DNA of 64,000 nt, taken from positions 1,178,001 through 1,242,000 of the forward strand of contig JAYWIR010000047.1 of the NCBI GenBank assembly GCA_036172245.1. The letters are read 5' to 3'. Source of the stretch: Raillietiella orientalis. Its lineage: Eukaryota. This document shows positions 12,282 to 23,600 of the stretch, piece by piece. The stretch's first letter is position 1; the number at the start of each line of letters is the position of its first letter. The notes below the pieces were generated by a model. That model did no database searches and was not told the origin of the DNA. It saw only the letters and a program-made list of their open reading frames with translations. Position numbers and translations under genes: made by a program.

Positions 12282-14750
12282 TTAAACTTTTGAAGGCAAA
12301 TCACATTTAAGTTTACTTGTGAAAAATCCCACACTAGTAGAACACTCACGAATGGTTACTGTTGTCTGATTAGCAGTAACATCAGTGACAAACACTTTGT
12401 CCAGGACAGGAATCTTCTGTTGCCAATATTGAGGTGGAAACACTTCTAAAATCTCACTCTCTTCCTCAACTTCTGAATCTGAGTACTCATTGGAATCTGA
12501 CACAATGGTTTCATGGGTTTCTAATTGCTCATTTTGTTCTTTTTCTCTATTTTCAACAGACTGATCAGTTTCTTCAGCTATTGTTTCAGTCTCATCATGG
12601 TTATCAACTGGTTTATCCTGATCCTCAACTTGTTTATCAAGATTGTCTTCTTCATGATTGTCAACCTGAGGTGTTTCAGCAATAAGATCAAAATTATTTT
12701 CGGATGGGGAATTTTCTGTGATGATCAATTTCTTTTCTGGACATTCATATTCTTCAGGAAGAACAGAAGAATTATCTTCTGCTTCGTTTCTTGTATCACT
12801 GTTGCTAGTTGATATAGTTACACCAATCTTTCCACTAACATTAATGAGTTCTGCTCTTCTTTTAATTTGTTCTCTGAAATGATTTGCTTGTTGTGCTAAT
12901 TCCGCTGGATCATTATTTACTTCTGCTTCTTGTTCTTCTTCTTTGCTGTTGGTGAGAGCATTCTCAATGACCTACATCCCAGATAAAATTAATATAACCC
13001 CTAAAAGCAAGCACTAAACAACCTGGACATTTCCTCGTTCTCTTCTGCTCTTGACACCTCGACGGATTGTCTCTTTGGAACTGGGATAAATGATGCATTA
13101 TGAACAAGGCCAACTTACTTGTCCTCAAATGCTTCCAGCAAGCGCTGGTCCAAGATGTTTTCTTCTGGTTCCCAAGTGTTATATCTTTACAAAACAATAT
13201 TTAATTCGCATCAACAATGCATTTACTTTATTTACTCACTTGGATGACCAACCTTTCCACTTCACAAGATATTCAACCAAACCCTAGAAAACAAAACATG
13301 AAATTAATGTACGAAAATTATGAACACAAATCCTTAAAATCAACTGCTGGGATAATGATGCAAATTAGGTATGTGAAAAGGTTAAGAGCACACAAATGAA
13401 AACAATTAATCTGTTCATTAAAATGAATATAATTGCTAAAATAATAGTAATAAACAAGAAGGCCATGCAAAAATGTCCACCCTCCATTCACAGATTTGGA
13501 GGATGAGATCACTGTATCAAACTAAGCTACTTCATGGCATACTGTACAACTTTTCTGCAATGCAACCATGCACAACAGAAGCTGAACAGTGGTTGCTAAG
13601 TAGATTGCTTATGAAAACTAATTAATGATGTCACATGACATGCATTTTCCTGTTCTTTCAAATATTTAAAATACATAATGATTGACCCTAAAACCAGTAG
13701 GAATGAGAAATAAACCTTGAGAGACACCATATGAACCTGGCACATAACTTAAGTAACAATGATGTTATTAATGGGAAAATTACATAACATCATAAATAAA
13801 ACATGGCATTGTTTGGCACAAACACCTTGCTTGTAATCAAGTATGAGAAAACTAGAATACATTCGCTCCACATATGATTAAACACAACTATTACTCCATA
13901 CATTTTTAATTCAATTTAATTTTACATTCTAATATTTAATTCTAGTATTTATTCTACAATTACCCAACAATTATTTAGGCACTCTTGTGGGAAACACAGA
14001 ACGATTTAAGATACTAAAGCAGTACTATGCTGCAGCTTGCAGAGATAGACACTGGCACAAATCTTATCCAATCTAAAACAAAATCAAAACTGATATCCTG
14101 ATTTTAAAGATTCACACAAACAAGCTTGTTCTTGTTTGCAATGATTCCTTGGTTCACTAGAAATTCACTTGGGGATGTAATGGGTCTGCACCCTGGGATG
14201 CAAAATACGATGTATTTAGTACATGTGATACAAGTACTATCTAGTAAGCTCGTATCCTCCGACTTGCAAAACAAATTCCTGAAGCCACATTGTCAGCCAC
14301 TTGTTTTGGTAATGATCCTAAAAAAGCAAGCCCGTACAACATACTTAATATGATAAGTTGGAGTAAAATTGCAGAATGAAGTTAATGGATCCCAAACATG
14401 CCCAGGTAAAAAAACAAAAAAAACTCATTTGAAACAAAGTAAACTGAATGTCCCATATCTTAAATGGTGTTCTTTGCCAATATGATGAACACACCTTGCA
14501 TTCTCATGCACAGGTGAATGAAATTTGCACTACAGGTCATGAAAAAAAAAAAAAAAAAAAACTTGACCAAACCAAAGGTGATGCACGTTCCAAACAGCTA
14601 AAAACCTTCAAAATAACATAACTTTATACTACGCATCGGCTCCACGGGCGATCACGAAAAACTAAATACACCAAATGAGCTCACCTTTCTTAACCGTTTC
14701 TTTAATATACACTCCGCAGCAAAAATCCTTTCTTGGGATGAGAGCTCCAT
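12282..14750 (-). CDS. Pc: Polycomb / chromobox (CBX2/4/6/7/8-type) protein, 5 coding exons, 307 aa
   Basis: Exons (minus): 14750-14685, 13283-13240, 13184-13119, 13080-13023, 12971-12282. GT-AG introns of 1401, 55, 38 and 51 nt, all phase-compatible. Spliced N-terminus [56 protein letters not shown] is a Pc-class chromodomain. C-terminus VFVTDVTANQTTVTIRECSTSVGFF is the Pc box (CBX C-terminal motif). Confidence 0.95.
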
Positions 14751-16099
14751 TAGTTAACGAGTCCCACGACTGAATCTCTTCGACACATATCCACAACAAG
14801 TAAATGCTTATGGTTCCTTTGGTCAAAGCGATTACGATATGTCATTCAACACCTATGAAAAGAAGCATCAGAAAATCATCATCCACACGCTGATGAATCT
14901 GCGCGATGTACGTGAATGCGGCTAATGACTTCCACGCAGTCACTTGCCACCACTTTCGCAAGCCACAACCACCACCGCATGGCCAGCAAGTTGCCACTTG
15001 TGGAAGTGGTCAACACGCTGGGCGCGCTCGGCGTCCGGCGAGCGACGACGTGAAACGGCAGTGGGGGCTGTGTGGCACATATCCGCCCCGAAGCACTCGC
15101 ATGGCACTGCGTTCGTTTATGTCCGCTACCGAAAGATGTCAAAAGAAGAAGGCAAAAAAAAGAAAGAAAGAAAAAATCACACCTTTACGAGCGAAATTGC
15201 GGTCGAAAGACACCCTCGCGAGACGACAAGCAGCACACCGGATTTGACACTTGGGGATCCGTGCGGCAACCGTGATGGCACTCCTGACGGGGTGTTTCCC
15301 TTCGTTGTGTGCAGCACTTCACTTCAAGCTGCGTGTTTTAGCAAACAAGTGGGCACACACTTTCTGCCTACTCTTACCGTCGCTGCTCTCCCCCCTCTTC
15401 ATCAGAATTCATTCCGAAATTGTCTTCTTGAAATCGAAAAAAACCATTAAATTCGAGACGAAAATCGAAACCTCTCGAAAACTGAGTCCATGCAATTATG
15501 ATCAATCAACAAAGTAAAATAAACATGGCCATTGGTTTAAAAAAAAACTTTTCTTCCACATGTTGCTTCTTTGAAGTGAACTTTTCTTCTTTGAACTTTT
15601 CTTCATGTTTGCTTCTCTATAGTTATAGACCCCCCCCCCCCAATCAGAAAATTGATTTCATTTTCATCACTTTCACTTGCTCAGTTTCTTTCCCCATTTT
15701 CCTGCATCTATTGATACCTGCCTACAATTCGAAATTGATATCCTATCTGACACAATAACCCTGATTGATTAGCATATAAAGAATTCCTTTTCTTTTATTA
15801 ACTGACTTGCATATACTTTTGTCATGCTAACCAAATGTTGAAAAAGTGCCTTTTGACTAATCAAAATAGAAAAAGTGCTTAAAGTGATGAATTAGTGACC
15901 AACAATCATGCTTCTATGAATAAAAACCAAAGCTAGTTTTACTGGAGGTTCACACCCCCGTAATTTTTTTCTTTCGTGACTCATTTAAGGAACATACCTA
16001 AGGGTTTTCCACTTACTAATTTATGCGTTCTTCCAAAGTTTACATCTTCACCAATATAGATTATGCCGAATGTACTGGTTCTGAAGATTTTCTAAAGTT

Positions 16100-16600
16100 A
16101 AAAGAGACAGTCCCTCATCTATTACATTTACACAGCACAGAATAAGTAAGTAAAATGAACAAACGGATGGGAACAATTTCCTAAAGTTGTAGGAACTTCC
16201 TTTATGAAGAACAGTTCGAGCCTTTCATGTTTTTAAAACTGGGCCACTAGCATTATCATATTTTTAGTTTTCCATATCGATACGATTCGACATGAAAAAT
16301 GTTGTCGCAGCCGATGATTGAAAAATACGTTTAAAGTCGATCGATTATTTCTGATTCATAACTTTGTTTTCCATGAAGTGCAAGTGCTGAATCGGCCGTC
16401 GGAGCCACGTGTAACTTTCCGACTTTTGAAACTGTTCGCCAGCATAACTTCGACACCTCATTTTAAAAGTCGTTTCGAGGTTAATGCATGCTTCCTCAGA
16501 GCCTCCGATTTTCACCACATCAAGTGTCAAATTAGCAAGTCCAGATTCGACCGAAGATGCTTGTGTTCACTCATGGACTCTGCAAAGAATGACACTCATA
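16100..16600 (-). mobile_element. Decayed non-LTR reverse transcriptase fragment
   Basis: GEQFQKS...NQK*SIDFKRIFQS resembles Q-GFR...FIDFxKAFDS of LINE RTs. Confidence 0.35.
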
Positions 16601-17443
16601 GCCACTCTATTGGAAGTTTCTTTTTTTTCTTTAAAAAAAAAAAAATGTTTGTTTGTTTGGTTTCATTTTCAATGCGGACTATTATTTTCATGCAACTTTC
16701 CAGGTGTGGAGCACCAAACCAAATGGTGACCTCTCCTTCCATCATTCCCACAGGCGTGCGGTCCCATTGTTCGAGTGGTCGAAGCAGCAGGAATCCGTGC
16801 ACTCGTTTTCAGGGTCGCAACTGACCAAACTTGGACACAGGAAACACCTGAAGTGTCACACCGTTTGACAGCTACGCTGTTTTCAAAGCAACTTTTAATG
16901 GAGATTCACTCTTATTATATCCCACTCGAGCTCTGGACGTGTCTGCAGGACGTTTCCCCATCGGGGTACCGCGAAAGAGAGAAGGGGTTTTTTTTTTTTT
17001 TTTTCCTTCCCCCCTTCACCCCCCCTCCCTCCTCAGTATTCGATGAAGAGTTTGTACTTCACTATTGATTTAAGATGTTTGTTTCGAACTCTTTTTCATA
17101 AAATCCTCCATTGATGGCGGTGATTTTCCGAAGGGACTGAATTTTTCCAGTAAACAAATCTGAAAAACATTAATACTGAACAAATGCGAATCGTATTTAG
17201 AATGCACTTACTGTTCTTTTGTCGTCATGTACTAATTACATGCTGAAAGAGAATGTTACCGTAATATGAAATAGATTGCATAACCAAATTGTGATTACTT
17301 TAAAGGTACTTTTAAATCCAAAGCTGCTCTTCTCACCTAACGAAATTTACCTTTTTATTTATGGTTTGTTTGCAATCGTGTTGAGATGGTTAATTTAAAC
17401 GTTTTTAAAATAATGTTTACGAGTTTTCGAAAACTTTGAAAAG

Positions 17444-18484
17444 GTGAGTTTGGAAGTGCATTTTATCCCTGACTTATTTTGTTTGTTCACTAAGTGGCTG
17501 AAATAATTGTATCATCACCAATTATGTTGTGGCATTGTTGCTGCTTACTCAGTCATTAATTTTTCATTAGTTACTGTGATGCCTTGTATCATCATACCAG
17601 TTATTTAAATAACGCTTGAACCAAAAGTATTTTACTTACTGGTTTCGTTTTTATACCCCACTGCATCAGCTTATACAGGTTTTCCAATTTACTGTATGCA
17701 AAAGTGTAACTGTGTAAATTTTGATAAATTCAGTCAACTTCCATAATATGCAAAGTATTGAATGTTTTTTCTTTTTGATGCGAAAAAAAAAAAAAAAAAT
17801 GCAATTCTTGTGAAATTTGCCTTACCGATCTGAGTGTAAAATTTCCCATTAGCATACTATTCAAGACTTTCCCACGAATAGCATCCACATTTAAATTTAA
17901 GACGAGCTAAGATGTAGAATTTGTGCAAAAGATCATCGAAAATTACCGAATTTCTGTGAATCCTGCATCTTTTAGTTCTACTGTTTTTATTTGCTGGTCA
18001 TGTAAACAGTTTCCGTGAAGGGAAGGAATCCTAAAGCAAGAAACTCGTTATCTTTGAAACGTATTTCCTATTCATGTTATAGGTTGATATCAGTTATTTT
18101 TGTTTGTTTGTTTGTTCCTGTGGAATTGCATGATTACATCATAACTGATAATGATAAATGAGCATCAGGCAAAATGATTTCCCTAATCAGTGCCCCATTT
18201 GAATCGGGATTCTCCATTCATTTTTTAATGTGATTGTCAAAGTAGTTTATTCATTGATACATGTTCTCTTGATTTGTGTAGTATTACAAACCTGCGTGTT
18301 TTTGTTTTTAATTCTTGTATCATCGTAATAGATTTGAACACCATATCATGAAATGAAATAAAGCCCTTCATAAAAAGCCTTTGTCATAATGATGTGGATA
18401 TGGATGCTTTATCATGTATGTTAATCAAAAGCTCAAGATTAAGTGAATGAGTTGGTTAATGAATTGATGTATTGATTCTGTCAG
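17444..18484 (+). other. Probable 5'-UTR intron of Cul3
   Basis: Consensus donor AAG|GTGAGT at 17444 and acceptor ttctgtcag at 18484, one base before the Cul3 ATG. The pairing of these two sites is inferred. Confidence 0.55.
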
Positions 18485-18485
18485 A

Positions 18486-21169
18486 ATGAGCCAAAGAGTC
18501 CCAAATATGATCAACAAGAAAGATACAAAGATGCGAATTCGTGCTTTTCCGGTAACAGAAACAGTCATTTTCCTTTCATTGCTAATTGTCCTTAATATTA
18601 GATGAGCATGGATGATAAATTTGTGGATAGTATCTGGTCTCTTTTGAAGAATGCAATTCAAGAAATTCAGAAAAAGAACAATAGTGGTCTCAGTTTTGAG
18701 GAATTGTACAGAAATGCATATACTATGGTTTTACACAAACATGGAGAAAGATTGTACACAGGACTGAGAGAAGTAGTAACACAACATCTGGAAATGAAGG
18801 TAGTGTGTTGAAAGACATTGCTGTTATAATGCTAGATGCACAAGGTGCGTGTAGATGTACTTGAGTCTTTGAGGAATAATTTCCTGCAGACCTTAAATCA
18901 AGTTTGGAATGATCATCAAACTTCTATGCAAATGATTCGTGACATTTTAATGTACATGGATAGAGTATATGTTCAACAAAAGAATGTTGACAATGTATAT
19001 AATCTAGGTTTGATTATTTTTCGTGACCAGGTAATGCAGAATACTTAGATTACTTAGTGGTGTGTTCAGGTAGTAAGATATGGATGCATCAGGGACCACT
19101 TACGGGAAACTCTCCTAGACATGGTAATGAAAGAAAGAAAGGGAGAAGTGATTGATCGTATGGCTGTAAAAAATGCATGTCACATGTTAATGGTGTTAGG
19201 AATTAGTAGCCGAGAAGTATATGAAGAAGATTTTGAGCGTCCTTTCCTCATCCAAAGTGCTGATTTCTATAGGGTGAGCTGTTTGGCCACATGGCTAGTT
19301 CATCTTTGTGTAGATGGAAAGTCAGAAGTTTCTAACTGAGAATAGTGCTTCAGTATACATCAAAAAAGTAGAGGCTCGTATTAATGAAGAAGCAGAGCGA
19401 GCTACACACTACCTGGACAAATCAACAGAGGAACGCATAGTGGAAGTTGTGGAAAATGAGCTTATTAAAAAACATATGAAGACTATAGTGGAGGTGAGGG
19501 AATATCCAAAGTGGCTGATAAATCTGTGCAGATGGAGAATTCGGGAGTGGTGCATATGCTCAAACATACTCGCACTGATGACCTTGCATGTATGTATAAG
19601 CTATTTAGCCGTGTGGACAATGGGCTCCACACTATGGCGGACTGTGTCTCCCGTTATTTACGAGAACAAGGCAAAGCCTTAGTGACTGAAGAGGATGGAG
19701 GAAAGAATGCAATTGCCTTTGTGCAAAGTTTGTTGGATTTGAAAGATCGTTTTCACCATTTTTTGTGCCATTCTTTTGCCAATGACAAATTGTTTAAGCA
19801 AATGATTGCATCAGATTTCGAATATTTTCTTAATCTCAATCCCAAATCGCCAGAGTACCTGTCATTATTTATTGATGACAAATTAAAGAAAGGAGTGAAA
19901 GGGGTAAGAGACTTGTTTTTCAAGAAATCATGAACATAAATAAATTTCTAGATGACGGAGGCTGAGATTGAAACTGTGCTAGACAAAGCTATGGTATTGT
20001 TTCGCTTCCTTCAAGAGAAAGATGTTTTTGAGCGTTACTATAAACAGCATTTAGCCAAACGTTTATTACTAAACAAATCAGTTAGTGATGATAGTGAGAA
20101 GAACATGATTTCTAAGCTAAAGGTAAGCATATAGATAGGCAGTCCCCAAAATCTTCTTTCAGACTGAGTGTGGATGCCAGTTTACTTCTAAACTGGAGGG
20201 TATGTTCAAAGACATGAGTGTCTCGCAGTCTATCATGGAGGAATTTAAGCAGCATATACAACTGACTGGAGTGAATTTGCTTGGCATGGATCTGAATGTC
20301 CGTGTTCTGACAACAGGCTTCTGGCCAACTCAGTCAGCTACCCCCAAGTGCAACATTTCATCTGAGCCTCTTAATACTTTTGAAGCCTTTCAGAGATTTT
20401 ATTTGGCAAAGCATAGTGGACGTCAGTTGACATTGCAACCTCAGATGGGCTCTGCTGATCTTCATGCTATTTTTTATGGTCCACGTAGAGAAGAAGGTGA
20501 GGGGTTGGATGGTGCATCTTCTACAACATGTCTCCCTGACCCATCTTCCCCAACTAATTTGTACCATGCTTGTCCAATTCGCAAGCACATCATTCAAGTT
20601 TCTACTTACCAAATGGTGATTTTGCTATTATTCAACAAACAGCAACAGTTGACCTTTGAAGAGATCCATAATGAAACAGATATTCCTGAACGAGACTTAG
20701 TGCGTGCTCTGCAGTCCCTTGCCCTTGGTAAACCAACTCAGAGGGTGCTTTCTAAGTTCCCTCGTACAAAAGATATAGACTCTGGTCATGTGTTCTCTGT
20801 CAATGATTCATTCACTTCCAAGCTGCATAGAGTCAAAATTCAAACAGTAGCAGCAAAGGGTGAATCAGAACCAGAACGCCGAGAGACCCGCAACAAAGTA
20901 GATGAAGATCGCAAACATGAGATTGAGGCAGCTATTGTACGAATTATGAAGGCACGAAAACGGATGCAGCATAATGTCCTTGTGACAGAAGTGACTGAAC
21001 AGCTGAAAGCACGTTTTCTGCCTCATCCTATCGTTATCAAGAAGCGCATTGAAGGACTCATTGATCGAGAATATTTGGAGCGAACTGAGGACAGGTAATG
21101 TTTATACAAGTGCTTTTGGATCTTACTTTTCATTTGTGCATCAGAAAGGTGTACATGTATGTTGCATGA
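18486..21169 (+). CDS. Cul3: Cullin-3, 9 coding exons, ~777 aa
   Basis: Exons 18486-18551, 18602-18799, 18845-19030 (alternative acceptor would start at 18836), 19070-19273, 19314-19493, 19532-19903, 19952-20122, 20163-21094, 21145-21169. GT-AG introns of 50, 45, 39, 40, 38, 48, 40 and 50 nt. Cul3 signatures: [59 protein letters not shown], neddylation motif [10 protein letters not shown]-terminus [10 protein letters not shown]. Confidence 0.97.
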
Positions 21170-21515
21170 TTCAAACTTCATTGATGAATACCGATCCGTT
21201 CCTTTATGCAGATAAACATCCATGATTGGAAGAGTATAATACATAATTTTTTTGCTTGAATATAATGAAAACCAATAGTGTATGCTGGTTTTATGACTTT
21301 AAAAATCTACATCCAGGATGTTGCAGGTTGCTTACACATTACACACCTAAATTTCTAGTTGGTGAGGTTTTGCCATGAAGTTTTTTATTTTTAATCGGAA
21401 GTAGTAAATTGATGCAGCTCCCCAAGTCTCTAGTTCAGCAAATTGTATGTTATGTTTTAAGAGTTATTGATTTAATGGTCAGTTAAAATGATGATCCTTC
21501 TTAAAAGACATATGT

Positions 21516-21521
21516 AATAAA
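21516..21521 (+). terminator. Candidate polyadenylation signal of Cul3
   Basis: AATAAA ~350 nt after the stop, followed by T-rich sequence. Confidence 0.45.
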
Positions 21522-21959
21522 AAGTTTTTACTTTCCTTACATTTAGATAGTAACTCTGGTTGATTTGACCCAAATGAACAACAAAAGAGTCCATTTATTT
21601 TCTAGATCTCATTTTCAAGTTGTGGACCATCGTTGTGCAACAAAAAATTTTCTTAAGAGTTTCTAGGAATTATGGTAGCAGAACTATAATGACCATGTTC
21701 GAAATTGGGAAACTACGAGAGCAAAACTTGACTCTTGTTTCATTTAATTTATTATTGATTTCAAATGGGTATATTTGATACTGGTATCTTTATTATTACG
21801 CTTATTTCATGCATAATGTTTGTTCTATGTGGATGCATTTTATATTATTCTGTAGCAGTTTTTCAATTTGTCACTGGAAATTTCAATGCATCCCATCATA
21901 TGGAATTTGTGTCAAATAAAAGTTAATAAATTAGAGCAAGATATGTGGTCATATTTTTT

Positions 21960-23600
21960 ACTTATGGAAAGCTCCCGGAGCTTTGTTATTCAAATCAGTT
22001 AATGTAATTATAAGTGAAAAGCAAGTATGTGAATCACGGTCTTCACAATGTGCTTTGCTCGCCCATCCTAATTCGCGATTCACTTCAGGTATCTGATACC
22101 AACTGCAAGAGGCAAAGCAGTGTTTTCTCATTTCAATAGGTGCAGGATTTTGCGTGGTCGCCCGAGTGCTTACACGCAATTCCATCTGCCTCGTGGTGAA
22201 GATTTCGACATTGCAAACCACGGAAAGTTATAAAAAGCTGTCCGCTTTTGATCATTGGAGATTCTTTAATCGTCTCTCTGATTACTGGAATCAAGCATCT
22301 TGGACCCCTTGCGCAAGTTCCGTCGATTTCGGCGATGAGAGTGCGACGAGAAGTGGACCATGAGGGGTTTGAAGGCAACCAGCTGTCGCACCAAAGAATA
22401 TCTGTTGCTGGCCACGGACTTTACTGCAAACTATTTTCTCGAAATAAAATTATCAGCACCCAAGATTCACACCATGCCTCCGGTATCTTTGATTTGCAGC
22501 CTCCTAGTCGCTAGGTTTCCCAGTTCATGCAAGAGTGAAACGGTGTTCATCTTTGTGAATCTCGTTGAAGCAGCGCAACTATCGGAGGCTGGCCTGCGCC
22601 CAGTTGCTGACTGGATGCGCTTCGGCAGTGTAGAATAGACACACATTTATGGAGTGCAGGAATTGCCATTCCATTGATGTCACTTTGGGTTGCATTCGTT
22701 AATACTGCTTTTTTGTTTCCTCCCCTTCCTCCCCCTTCCCCTTGTAAGGGAAACACTTAATCGTTGGTCTGGCTTGACTACACAGTTTTCCTTCCTAAGG
22801 CCAAATTCCTTGCAATTGGCACAAAATGATAGGAAAGTCAGTTCTGTGTCCTCAGTAGAGCCCGGAATTGAGGGGTTGGTGGGGTTTTAAATTCCGGGAC
22901 GCAAAGTTTGGAAAGCTGTTCCTCAAGCCAAAGTGCTGCATCGAAAGCGCAAGGCTGTAGAGAAGAAGCAGTCGCACCGAACGGAGCGAGGGGAAACCGC
23001 AGTTGGGACCCATGCTGCTGTGTTACCAAAGTGATTCCTACAGTTTTCGTATTTTTGGACACACTGATTTACCATGCACTTCTCGAGAGGCCGTCGGAGG
23101 GTAGGGGTGGAATGGGATGGATGAAAAGTTCGCGATTCTCATGTCGCAGCAGCAAACCGTGAGTGAAGGACGCTCCCTTGCTTGAGGTTCCTGCTTTCCC
23201 GCAATGTAATCAGACGGAGTTTGGCGGTCCCTCGTTTCGGGAGATCACCTCCAGTTTGGTCACATCGGTCTGAAGCTGCTAGGAGAGCACACGCTGCTGC
23301 CACGACAGGCTGAAACATTCGCAAGTAGCGTCCTGCCACTCCGGCGCTCAGCAGACGGGGACGGGATACGAGAAAACTGCAGTCGGGAAGTCCACGCTTG
23401 TCCCGGCAAGCCGCTTTCAGTGTTCCCAGTACCCCGGTCTCGTTTGCTTGGTTGCTTCCTCTGCTAGACTGCATCCGAGTGTGGGTGCACGTGTTCACGG
23501 CTGCATCCACGGGCGCCATGGCCAGCTTTCGCGACTCTCTGGGCTTCCCGAGCTGGCTCGGGTCGGCAATCGTGAGATGCAGCCACGAGCCCCCCACCCC
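21960..23600 (-). mobile_element. Decayed LINE (endonuclease/RT remnants)
   Basis: KIPEAWCESWVLIILF (cf. IPxxWKxxxIxLIxK), VIRETIK...LFITF, IRMGEQSTL...LLF (cf. GVxQGxxLSPxLF). Upstream LRLITL... is compatible with an APE endonuclease start. Confidence 0.45.

Noticed and set aside
14879..15450. GC-richer ORFs just upstream of Pc
   Set aside because: No consistent frame or family motif; likely promoter sequence or repeat debris.
16275..16282. DRE motif TATCGATA between Pc and Cul3
   Set aside because: Single 8-mer inside an RT remnant and over 1 kb from either probable TSS.
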